DNA of 64,000 nucleotides, from contig NC_087436.1 in the NCBI RefSeq assembly GCF_036321535.1, positions 47,184,001 through 47,248,000 of the forward strand. Reading direction: 5' to 3'. Positions within the stretch are counted from its first letter, which is position 1, and each line of letters starts with the position of its first letter. Made by a program: the position numbers and the translations under genes. The stretch comes from Camelus dromedarius. Taxonomy: Eukaryota. Shown here in pieces: positions 24,525-36,099 of this stretch. A model generated the notes under the pieces. It saw nothing but the letters and a program-made list of their open reading frames with translations. It was not told the origin of the DNA and did not search any database.

Positions 24525-26232
24525 ATGGGCTGTCGCAGCCGAACCGGCCCGGGCGGGAACCGAGCGGAGAGGCGGGATCGTGAGCCCAGGAACGAGCACG
24601 AGCAAGGAGTCCGCGCAGCCGCCGCCGAGCTGGCCCCGAGGACATGGAGGAAAGGCCGGCACAGACCAACGCCAACGTGGACGACTCGGCGCCCCGTCCG
24701 TGGCCCAGCTGGCCGCAGGCTTTAGGGAGCAGGCAGCCGCTGCAAAGGAAACACCAGCCAGTAAACCAAGAGAAGGAAACCGTGCTGCTCCCTCTCTGTT
24801 CCCCTCCAAGGTAGAGCTGGGTCAGAATGGTGAGAAGTCACCGACCAATGCAAACCACCTCCTAAAATCAAGGTGAAGAGCCTCTGACGGAGAAGCTTCC
24901 GGCCAATTTAGCCATTGATCCAGCGGCCCTGCTGCCTGGGGCCTCACCCAAGAGTCCTGGACTCAACCACCACACACCCAGAGAGAGAAGCAATTAAACC
25001 TATCAAAGTATCTCAAAAAAGAAAAAAAGTCCTGGACTCAAGGTCATGGTATAGCCGTTTCACAGCCCACCATCTCCCTGTAGCAGCCCTGGTGAACAGT
25101 TTCAGGCCAGCGAGCCAGAGGAGGTGCCCGTCAGCCTCGACCAGCCTCCTGAAGACAATCGTCTGCCCTGTTACAATGAGGTGCAGACAAGGGACTCAGT
25201 CAAAAGGCGCCCTCCCTCCAGGCAATTCCGAAGGTCCCAGTCGGGCTGTGGGGACCTGGGAGACTTCAGGGCCATGAAGTCCTCCCCAGAGAATGGTGCC
25301 AAGGAAGAGAATGGGGATGAGGCATTCCCACCCAAGAGCCAAGCCCCAGGATCCCCTCCTCTGAGGAGATGTCCATCAGGACAGAGAAGCAGAAGGAGAA
25401 GGGCAGGCCACAGGGCAGGCCACAGGGAAGGCCCGCAGCACGAGGAGGCCGTGGGCAGCTGCACAGAGGGGGCCGGCCAGCGTCCAGCCCAAGCCTTCGG
25501 CCCAGAGGCAGAGAGTGGACGCAGGAGCCCCACAGAGTAGAAACCGGTGGGAGAGCAGACAGAGGAGTCTACAGAGGTGAAGGAGAGGGCAGCCAGCCAA
25601 GAGGATGAGCCCGGACAAAGAAGCCAAGACATAAAGGGGCCGGAGGAGGCAGCTGTAGGGGAGGAAACCCCCAAAGTCCTCCCCGAGGAGTAGAGGGTGG
25701 CCACAGCCACAAGCAGGGGAAATGCAAGGAAAAGCAAGATGAGGGGGCCCTTCTCGAGTCAGGCTGCGACCACTGGCCATGCGCTGCCGGACACCAGCAG
25801 TGAGGTCCCCGAGACAGAGGAGAACCCCTCTGTCCAGGACACTAAAATGTGAAAAAGAACTGACTGTGCTTGTGAGGAAGCTGCTGGAGCCGTCTCTTTG
25901 GAAGTAGTCATAGCAATAGTAGCAGTAGCCAGCAGAAGCCATCACAGAAGCAGGATGTGCTGAGGCTCAGGAGTCAGCCTGAAGACACAGGGTGCCGTTT
26001 CCCCACCCCAACGCTGTCCCAGGCAGAGATTGGATCTGAGGGCAGCAGACTTCTATCAGCTTGAGTTTGTGTCACCTGATGGACAATCTACTCTGGTGAC
26101 AACTCCCCAGGGATACTGGTCAACCTGCGGGCCTGGATGCTCTGCCCCTTCCTTGATGTTATCTTCTTCCCTCACTGATTGGTTTGAATATTCTGGTATT
26201 AGTACAAAACTGTTTAGCAATTCATTACTTTA
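24525..26232 (+). pseudogene. RCSD1: Processed pseudogene (retrocopy) of RCSD1/CapZIP. It has a 5'UTR, a disrupted CDS at 24644-25852 and a partial 3'UTR.
   Basis: Intronless and colinear with CapZIP across shifting frames: [102 protein letters not shown], ending VQDTKM-TGA at 25850-25852. It has several frameshifts and stops and an internal insertion. The boundaries are approximate. Confidence 0.92.
24967..25027 (+). mobile_element. Short polyadenylated retro-insertion nested inside the RCSD1 retrocopy
   Basis: About 61 nt containing ATTAAA and an A-rich tail, flanked by a perfect direct repeat AGTCCTGGACTCAA at 24953-24966 and 25028-25041. It interrupts the codons for SPGLK. Confidence 0.85.
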
Positions 26233-26244
26233 AAAGATAGTATC

Positions 26245-26415
26245 AACCCAGGAATAAACCCTCACATATATGGTCAAATAACTTTCGACAAGGGTACCTA
26301 GACCATTCAATGGGGCAAAGACAGTCTTTTCAACAAATGGTGTTGGGGAAATTGTTATCCACATGCAAAAAAAAAAGAAAGACCCTTACTTTATATCATA
26401 TACAAAAATTAACTC
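26245..26415 (+). mobile_element. L1 ORF2 internal fragment
   Basis: Classic L1 ORF2 text 'aacccaggaataaaccctcacatatatggtcaaata...ccattcaatggggcaaagacagtcttttcaacaaatggtgttgggg...tacaaaaattaactc'. Confidence 0.85.
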
Positions 26416-26508
26416 CATTAAAGATAAACAAATAAACCTAATTACCTCCTCCCATAAAAAAATTAATTAAAAAAATAAACTGCAGTAAAACTAAAAAAAA
26501 AAAAAAAG
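26413..26508 (+). mobile_element. 3' portion and A-tail of a Vic-1-like SINE
   Basis: 'ctccattaaagataaacaaataaacctaattacctcctccc...A-tail' matches the 3' part of the full SINE at 53861-54024 read on the minus strand. Confidence 0.7.
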
Positions 26509-26588
26509 AAACCGAGGATTTAAATTAAAAAGGTATCTGTAGAATGTGAGGGAGGCTCCAAAGGAAATAAACTGGACGAATCAGGGGG

Positions 26589-26949
26589 TGTTTTAGTCCA
26601 TTTAGGCTACTATAACAAAAATATCATAGACTGACTATGTTATAAATGACAGAAGTTTGTTTCTCACCATTCTGGAGGCCGGAAGTCCAAAATCAAGGCG
26701 TCAGCAGATTCAGCGTCTTGTGAGAGCCCACTTCCTGGTTCGTGGGTGGCCGTCTTCACACTGCATTCTCACAAAGGCAGAAAGGGCAAGGGAGCTCTCT
26801 GGGGTCTCTTTTATAAGGACCCTAATCCCATTTATGAAGGCTCAACTCTTATGACAATCATCTCCCAAAGGTCCCACCTCCAACTACTATCACATTAGGG
26901 ACTAGGTTTCAATAAATGAATTCTGGGGGGACACAAACAGTTTATAGCA
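26589..26949 (-). mobile_element. MaLR solo LTR (MLT1A-like)
   Basis: TG...CA ends. It is reverse-complement similar to the LTR at 41851 ('ggggggacacaaac', 'ctggaggccggaagtccaaaatcaagg'). Confidence 0.8.
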
Positions 26950-27399
26950 GAGAGTTCTCAGGAAAGGCCACTTTAGATAAGGCGTTAGTGGAAGCCTGCC
27001 CTGAGGAGGTGACCTCTGAGCTGTGACCTGCAGGAGGAAGACTGGGCCGTGGAACAAGCTGGAGTCGGCTTACCTCTAGGAAAAATCCATAGGTTCAGGT
27101 GTTTAAAAAACTCTTCTTCCTGAGCTAAGAAGTGTTGCAGAGACAAGCACTCGACACATTGCCCCAATGGGCTTGTGTAGATTCATCACTCCCTCAAATA
27201 ATGCTGGGCTTTGATGTGAGAAATAAGAAACGTGGGCTGTGATACAGTCCTGAGAGTAACTGTGCTCTGAGAGCGTATATTGAAAGAATTATCGTCCTGT
27301 GCAGAGATCATGCTTGTATATCTGTGGCTCTTTTTGGAGGGCTATTCCCTCTTCCATTTCCTAACTTGATATCTGGCAAAACAGAATTTTGTTTAGCAA

Positions 27400-27456
27400 A
27401 AACAAAACCCCCAAAACCAGACATGACACTATCTCATTTAAAATTAAAAGTTTAAT
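27400..27456 (-). terminator. CYP2U1: Probable CYP2U1 polyadenylation site
   Basis: Minus-strand ATTAAA at 27451-27456, followed about 30 nt downstream by a GU/U-rich element (GTGTCATGTCTGGTTTTGGGGGTTTTGTTTTT). Confidence 0.55.
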
Positions 27457-29594
27457 AAAAGCATCACAAATTATGCTAAAGATGACTAAAAGGTAGATAT
27501 TAGGCAGACTTACAAAATAAAGTACTATTATTTTTATATTTCAAATAAATCATAAAGTACAAAATCGTAAAACAACAACATGTACAAAGAAAGCATTAAC
27601 CGTCCTTTCAGTGATTTGCTATATAGAGATGTTTGTAAAGTGCTACAGTTTTTAAGGCATTATATTGAAAAGTTTAATAAACATCTGATTTCAACATAAT
27701 CTCACGGAAGAGTTGTTTTCCTCAAGTTAGCTACAATTGTTTGGTTAGGAGTAATGAAAATAAACATATAAATCGAGGAGTAATAAACTTGCTAACGCAA
27801 AGTTATTAGTGCAATTCCAAAGCATATGAAATTCCAGATCAGGACAGACTGCCCTGCTAAGGCGCAGGGTAATCCACACAGGCACCATCTGTCTAAGATC
27901 TAGACAACAACCTCTCCATTCACTTACAGTGCCTGGGCGTTTCATTTATTAATTAACAAAACTCCTCAAGGCACCTCAGGATTGGCCTGTATCTCATTTA
28001 TCTATATTGAAAATGCAGAGGGGGAGACTGCTGAGCTCAGGGGGTGGCAGTAGAGAGAAGTGGTGCGGGAAGAACTCTCCAGTCACAAAGACTGGTGGGT
28101 CTGAAATAGACAGTGGTGCTTCTCAACCACGTGCCTTAACTCCGCTAAGCCTCAGCTTCATCAGCTACACCATGGCACCCTCTTACTAGACTTTCTATAA
28201 GAATCATGTAAGCACACGAGTAAAGCATTAAGTATGGTGCCAGCAATGAGGAAAGGCTCAGAAGTATAGTTGCTCACGTTATTATCACAATTCCTTCTCT
28301 AAAAGGAATATTCTAGAAGAATAAAGGAAAGGGCTGGCTGTTTTCAGAGCACGACCTTACTGGAGGAAATACTGGTATACTGGGTGAGACAGTTCTTCAT
28401 TGTCTAGGACTGCTCAGACATTTAGCATCCTGGCCTCATGGCAGCAGAAAGGCCAACAGCACCCTCATCATTGTGATAATCAAAAACACACCCACATACT
28501 TCCAAACACTCCCTGAGAAAGGTCATTACCTTTTGTGAGAACTGCTCTTTTAGAGGGAGCTTATTTATTAAGAAATCATTTAGTTCTCTTAATATGAATA
28601 AGAATGCCTTCCTGTCTTTAAGAGTCTTCAGGGATGAGATACACTAGGCCTGGTGGCAGAGAACAGGGAAGGAATGTTCGGTACAGTTTGAATCCTTTCC
28701 TAATGAATCCCAGGTGTCAAAATTCCCCAGCTCACTATTCAAAGCTCAAATCAAAAGCTAGAGGTCCATCACTGCAGTAAACTCAGCAGAAAGGAATTCT
28801 GTGACGAAGTCACTTCTTCAGCCAGGCTCACTGGTCATGCAGTTAAAATAGAAGACAGGCACATAAGTCACATAATAACCTTTCCTCAATATACTGAACA
28901 GGGGTCCACTTCATCTCATGTCTACAAAAAGTAAAAACCAAAATCATAAACAAAAAGATAACGATAACAGAACGAGCCCTCCCAAAACCGACATATGATC
29001 TGTGCCAAGAAAAGCTCTAACTCACGGTCCCCTAAACCCACATTCTCCCCTGACAAAGCATCCAGGTCTGAATACCACTTTCATGCCATCAAGGGTCTCA
29101 GACAGGTAGTCTCCCTTCTTCTCCTGAATTTGTCCTGCAGAAGCAAACAGTGTTCTGGTGATGTCAGGAAAGACATGGGGCATTTGACCTTCATTCATGC
29201 TGAGATATAGAGAGAAGGCAAGTTTTGTGACCCTCACTTTACCCATGGAATGACCGAGGCACTGAGGGCTGAGAAGGACATGCTCACTGGTGGAAGCCAC
29301 TGGGGATAAAAATCCAGATGCCCTGCTTCCCCGGCCTAGACTTTGTCCCCACCCCGAGTCACACGCATGACTGAGACGGCTGGAGTATCCTGCTGAGGAA
29401 TCATTCCTCCAAGATGGACGCTCCCACGCACTACCCTCTTTCCAGTCTCCCTCTGATCTGAGCCTAACCTAGATCTGCAGAGTTGCTGGATCTGCTGTCA
29501 ATTACAGGAGGAAGAACCAGCTTAGAAGGACATGTATTTACATTCTGTGCACCATCTCTTCTTGGAGAGAAGAAATGATTGAAATTATTATATT
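27435..29594 (-). other. CYP2U1: Inferred CYP2U1 3'UTR (about 2.2 kb), containing MIR and MER3-like fragments
   Basis: Lies between the stop codon and the candidate poly(A) site. The distal part is AU-rich. The 3' end is inferred. Confidence 0.55.
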
Positions 29595-29773
29595 TTATCT
29601 CTTTGAAATGATTATATTAAATGGATGTGGGGCTAAAGTCAGACCATATTTTCCAGTCAAAATTGGCTTCTTTGAGTCCTTAGGCAAAGCAAATGTGAAA
29701 CTCTGCATTAGGCTCACGAACATCAGGAATAATTCCATCTTTGCCAGTTGCTCTCCCATACACACCCGCTTCC
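29595..29773 (-). CDS. CYP2U1: CYP2U1 exon 5 (heme-binding Cys, stop codon)
   Basis: Acceptor TTTGTAG|GG. It encodes (G)[25 protein letters not shown]...IISKR*, and with exon 4 forms FGIGKRVCMG, the P450 FxxGxxxCxG motif. Length 179 nt. Confidence 0.97.
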
Positions 29774-30513
29774 CTACAAACAAGATCAGAAAAAAGGTAA
29801 GGATTACAACAGCATCCCTTTTTCTGTCTCAAAAAGGACAAATTTATATGAAGTCCCTAAACTGGGTGTTTTAAAAGCAGACACAGAGAGTTTTGAAATA
29901 AAATGGACACATATACCCCACAACTTCCCACAGTCTATGCTGATCCTAATTTTCACATACCAAGTGCACATTTTAACTCCTACTCATAAAAATCTATCCT
30001 CATCCTAGACAGGAACTAGAGACAATCCAATAAGGCGGGCTACCTTCTCTCCTCCATACCTACTTATCTCTTTCCTTGCTCGTGCCTGGAAGACTAAAGA
30101 GAAAATACATCAGATGAGAATAGCAGGAGTATTCTCTTCCTGTAGAAAGAAGACACACACCCTAATCTAGGAACCTAAAGGAGGCACTGGTGAGATTGGA
30201 GAGCTCACCCTCTCACCCACCAGCCCGACAGGTCAAAGCTACTCTTAACTCCAGTAGTTCCCTGGGACTCAAACAATCACCTGGTAACTCAGAAAGGAAG
30301 ATTTCTAGTCATATTTAATTATTTAAAACCAATTGCTTCCATTTTGTTTTTAAAATCTGAAATGAACACAGTAGAGATGTACTATCTAAATTATTTCTTA
30401 TATTAGCTTGCCAAGAAAGAAACATTTTAAAAATAGTATCTTAAAATAATAAAAGATTCTTTTGGTTCTACTTCTTTTTAAATTATGCCATTAAGAAAAT
30501 AGAAGTTGCCATA

Positions 30514-30715
30514 CTAATATATATAAAATAGATAAACAACAAGTTTATACTGTGTAGCACAGGGAACCATATTCAATGTCTTGTAGTGACCTATAATGAA
30601 GAATCTGAGAACGAATGTATGTATGTTCCTATGTGACTGAAGTATTGTGCTATACACCAGAAACTGACACATTGTAAACTGGCTGTACTTCAATAAAAAT
30701 ATATTAAAAAAAGAA
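30514..30715 (+). mobile_element. 5'-truncated L1 3' end with TSD
   Basis: L1 3'UTR text and A-tail, flanked by AAGTTGCCATA at 30503-30513 and 30716-30726. Confidence 0.8.
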
Positions 30716-30720
30716 AAGTT

Positions 30721-31165
30721 GCCATAAAAAAGAATGAAATAATGCCATTTGCAGCAACATGGATGGACCTAGAGATTATCGTGTTAAGTGAAGTAAGTCA
30801 GACAAAGATAAATATCACTTATATGTGGAATCTTAAAAAAAGATAGAAGTGAACTTATTTACAAATCAGAAATAGAGTCACAGACATAGAAAACAAACTC
30901 CTGGCTACCAAAGGTGAAAGGGAGGGGAGGGATAAATTAGGAGTTTGGGATTAACATATATATATATACTATATATAAAATAAATAACCAGGACATACTA
31001 TACGTAGCATGGGGAACTACTTTCAATATCTTATAATAACCAATAATGGAAAAGAATCTGAAAAAGAATATATATATATATACACACACACACATATATC
31101 ACTTTGTTGTACACCTGAAATTTACATTATAAATCAACTATACTTCAATAAAAAAACTGAAAAAG
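30721..31165 (+). mobile_element. L1 3' end (ORF2 tail, 3'UTR and A-tail) next to the CYP2U1 exon 4 donor
   Basis: 'gccataaaaaagaatgaaataatgccatttgcagcaacatggatggacctagag...aaatcaactatacttcaataaaa'. Confidence 0.85.
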
Positions 31166-31180
31166 AAAAGTTTAACTGAC

Positions 31181-31348
31181 CTATCCCAAAAGGAATAAAT
31201 GTTTCTTTTTTAATAACTTGTCCTTGATCATCCAGAAATCTACTGGGGTAGAAATCATCTGGTTTCTCCCAAACGGTGGGGTCTCTATGTACTGACCACA
31301 AGTTGGGTAATATTATCGTGCCTTTAGGAATGGTATACCCTTGGAGCA
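31181..31348 (-). CDS. CYP2U1: CYP2U1 exon 4
   Basis: Acceptor TTTTAG|TG, donor ATAG|GTCAGT. 168 nt encoding (V)[23 protein letters not shown]...[24 protein letters not shown], with a PxRF meander. Confidence 0.97.
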
Positions 31349-32524
31349 CTAAAACAAAACCCAAAAAAACACAGTATTATTCAACATGCCTTTACTAATA
31401 GTACTCTTTAATATCACTATCTGAAAGAAAAAGAAAATTACATATCTAGCTTCTTAATTTGCTGAGACTAAACTTTGAGGTACTTGAGGGCGGGGACAAG
31501 ACCTTATCAACTGGTATCCTCTCCACATCCCCCCCAAGACCCAGCCTGAGACAGGGCACAGGAGTTGCTCCAATGGATGCTGAGTTAATGAATTAAATGA
31601 AACCATAAAAATATGACAAGAGAAAACACTCAAACAGAAATCATAGGGCATTCCAAAAAACTTTCCCAAGGATTACAAATTCCTAATACTTGTATAAAAT
31701 TTTACAGTTCACGGAGTCTTTTATGTCCATACAGCAGAACAACGAGAAAGGTAAAGATAAACGGGCGTTCAGGGAAGTCAGTGCTGGCTCTTACCAGCTG
31801 CCAAGTGCACATGCACTTAAAACAATGCCCCAAAGATACTGCCACACCATGTATCTAATTTACACCAAAGATTAAGTAATCCAATGTCACTCAAAGTGAC
31901 TGCCTCCTACAACCATATTCTAACTAGATTTGAGCCCATTTCATCATGGGCTGACTCCACAGAAGGAAAATTCCTTGTTACGAGGGATGTTTACAGAGGG
32001 TCTGAGCGCCCAGATGTCATGGATGCTATAGGTGGGAGGCTGAAACACGTGCCCTCAGAATCAGATGGGCTCTTACCTAATTCTTTAATACTTAACGCTT
32101 CAGTTTCAGAATTGTAAGAAATGAAGTAGGACAACTTCCAGTTAAAATCCCTAATTCTTTATTTAGAACTAACCCTTCTGACCTCCAAGAACAGGAGGAC
32201 TGAGAGGGCCCTTCGTTAATTCTGGGGTCTTTTCTGTCAAAACAGCCACCTTAAATGGTGGCATAATCTGTTTGACCAGTGTAAGTGTGCACACTCTGAA
32301 GGCTATAGAGCTATTTACCCACGAGGCAGTGCCGGAACACGCCAGTGCCACGGATCAGGGACAACTGAGGCTGAAGCAGGCCCCGGACATCTGACTACCC
32401 ACAATGCCAAACCCTCAGAAGGACCAAGTGAGGTGATGGTCACCACATCCTCATCTCAACTCCTCTGGATTAAGGGGCAAGGCTTCCCTCAAGGGCGTCC
32501 ACAGGAGGAAGACCCTGGACTTGC

Positions 32525-32686
32525 CTGTTTTCTCTGAGGTCATGTGAGGAATGGAGAGCGGCACCACAGCATTCAGCCTCTGCACCTCCATGATGGTGGC
32601 TTCTGTGTAGGGCATCTGGGCCTTGTCAGTGAGGGAAGGGGCGCGGTCGGCACCAATTACCCTTTCGATTTCTTCATGAACCTTTT
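32525..32686 (-). CDS. CYP2U1: CYP2U1 exon 3 (K-helix ExxR), ending at a GC donor
   Basis: Acceptor TGTATAG|AA. 162 nt encoding (E)[53 protein letters not shown]. The donor ACAG|GCAAGT is the junction that keeps frame into exon 4. Confidence 0.93.
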
Positions 32687-32944
32687 CTATACAAAAACAG
32701 GAAAGCGTGAGAAGATAAGCCAGGAGAGAGTTGAGACTGTCCTCCTGTCAGCAGCACAGGCCTGCCAGCCTCAGCGAAGTCAAGCATTGCTCAGATATTC
32801 CAGAAGAGCCAGCTGGTCCCAGGGGCCCTGTACCCCTTGGGATTTTGAAGGAAGACTGCAGAACATAGAAGGGGGCAAAGGAGAAGGCGTCTGGATTCAG
32901 GAACACTGAATCATTCTCTCATGGATGTTGGACTGACTCTCTAA

Positions 32945-33461
32945 GACTTTTCATATGACAACACGGCCCCCAAGATCCTCACCTCTTAGAGTTCACATCT
33001 TTGCACCAACCCCACCCACTTTGTACCAAATTGGTCTATGTGATCAACAGAATAAAGGAGAAGTAACAGCATGACAGGTCTCAGCTTAGGTTATAAAAGA
33101 CACTGTGGCGTTTGTCTTGGCCACTCACTCTTTCTTGGGTCATTTGTTCACTCTGGGGGAAGGCAGATGCCAAGTCAAGCAGCCCTATGGAAAGGTCCAA
33201 GTGGCAAGGCCTGCAGCCAGTAGTCATGTGGCTGAGCCACCTTGGAAGAGGATCCTTCAGTCACAGTCAACTCCATGGATGTTTGTAGCCCCAGGCAACA
33301 TCCTGATTACAATTTCATGAAAAATCCTAAGCCAGACCATCCAGGCTAAGCTGCTTCTAGATTCCTGATTCCTCAGAAACTATTTGAGATAGTAAGTAGT
33401 TGTTGTCTTAAGATGCTAAAGTTGGGGATAATTTGTTACTCAGCAATACTTAACAAATACT
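32945..33461 (+). mobile_element. MaLR LTR (MLT1E/F-like)
   Basis: MLT1-type text 'ggcccccaagatcctcacc...gctaagctgcttctagattcctga...aagttggggataatttgttactcagcaata'. Confidence 0.65.
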
Positions 33462-33479
33462 GGTAGGCACAATCCTATC

Positions 33480-33970
33480 TATAGTAGGCAGCGCCTGGTC
33501 CCTCAAGTGTGTCTACACTGTAACCCCCTGGAACCTGTGAATACGCTACCTGATGTGGTAAAAGGGACTTTGCAGATGTGATTAAATGAAGGACTTTGAG
33601 ATGGGGAGATTATCCTGGATATTCTGCATGTGCTCAATCTAATTATATGGGTTTTAAAGCTGGAGAACTTTTCCCAGTGGAATTTAGAGTCAGAGGAAGG
33701 CGTGATTATGAAAGAACGGTCAGAGAGAGATGCAACATTGCTGGCTTCAAAGATGAAAGAAGGGGGCCATGAGCCAAAGAAGCTGGAAATGGCAAGAAAC
33801 AGATTCTCCTCCAGAGCCTCTAGAAAGGAAGGCAGCCCTACCAACACCTTGATTTTAGCCCAGTGAGACCTTCGTCAGGCTTCTAATGTATAGAGTTGTA
33901 AGATAACACACTTGTGTTAAGTCACCAGGAGTGTGGCTGTTTGTTGTATGAGCAATGGGAAACTAATGCA
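33480..33970 (+). mobile_element. MaLR solo LTR (MLT1D-like)
   Basis: 'ggaacctgtgaatacg...aaaagggactttgcagatgtgattaa...gagatggggagattatcctggat...aactaatgca', with a near-TSD CTATC/CTATT. Confidence 0.8.
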
Positions 33971-34422
33971 CTATTTCCCCTGTATTCTCCCTCTGTGCAC
34001 TCCACTGGCATTCACTACCTCTTGGTATTGATGTGCTGGAACTAGCCCTGTGACCTTGTGAAAACCACAGAATGTCTCTGGGACTCTGTTCTGCATTTTC
34101 AAAACAAGATGAATGCGTTCAGATGATCATTATGATTCTCTTCGGCTTCTCAGCTCTAAAGGTCTTTCTCCATTATAGATTTCACACAGAATCTGACCTG
34201 TAGAGATTTAAAGCAGGTGCAGACAAGCTGTGACTTTAGTTCCATTGTCTAGAATCTTGGAATTTCACTGTTAACACCTTACCAGTTCCTTATGAGATGC
34301 AAATATTTTCATTTTGTTTTCCAGCCTAAAGATATTGTTTATTGATAGGAGCCACAGGATCACTGAGGTTGCTGACCCTGATTTAAATAAACTGGGTTTG
34401 CCGTGAATAAAGGAAACATCTA

Positions 34423-35223
<801 letters not shown>

Positions 35224-36099
35224 TTAGCAAACTATAGTTATCAAGTTTGTTTCTAATAACAAAGGTCGTTTCCAATATGATTAGGAAATTTTACTATAAA
35301 GTTTATTATTATAGCTACTAACTCCTGGTGAAATGAAAAGCAATGAGTTTCAATTTCGAGAGTTAGTGTAAATTTCAAAATCTTTTTTTCATAAGGGTGG
35401 ATTCAGATTTCAGGCTAGATGCATCCACATTCTAAAAACAGATTACACAGTAACAGATTGCACATGAGAGCAGGGACAGTATCTGATTTTACTCATCATT
35501 TAAACCCGAGCTTCTGGCATAGTTCTGCATGGAAAGGAGGAGCTTGTTAAATATTAGCTGAATAAATCAATAGCCCAACTGTATTAGGACACCAGCCATC
35601 AAAATTTGGATCGAATACCTGGCAGATAATCTAAAACGTCTGTAGCTGAAAACAGTCCTAACTTAAAAGCATCTGAACTCAAGGTCGTTCACAGCTACAT
35701 CTTATTTGATTCTCATTTATGTTATACATCTTCCACCACCAAACCCAACAGAAGTGCTCCCAGATGTTGTATCAAATGTTCTCAGATATTCCTTGTTTCC
35801 AGTCACTTACTTCTTCCTCCTGTTTTCCATGATGTCCGTCATTGTTTCTGCCAGCTCTCCCTTCTCTCCCATTGTTCATCTACTTCCTTTCTGCCACCTT
35901 CAAGGACATGCTTCATTCATTTAACAAATACTCCTGAGTGCCTACCATGTGCCAGGCATTTGGATGATGTGAATACAGCTGAGAATAAAGACCTCTCTCT
36001 GTGATTAAGTCTCCTTGCAATCTTTAATATCTCTATAAAATGACTCTCAATATAAACATCCACATGGTCAAACGTATCGGATGATTTATCACTTCCATC

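Noticed and set aside
25171..25945. 188-aa and 189-aa minus-strand ORFs
   Set aside because: These are antisense shadows of the GC- and purine-rich RCSD1 retrocopy, with low-complexity products.
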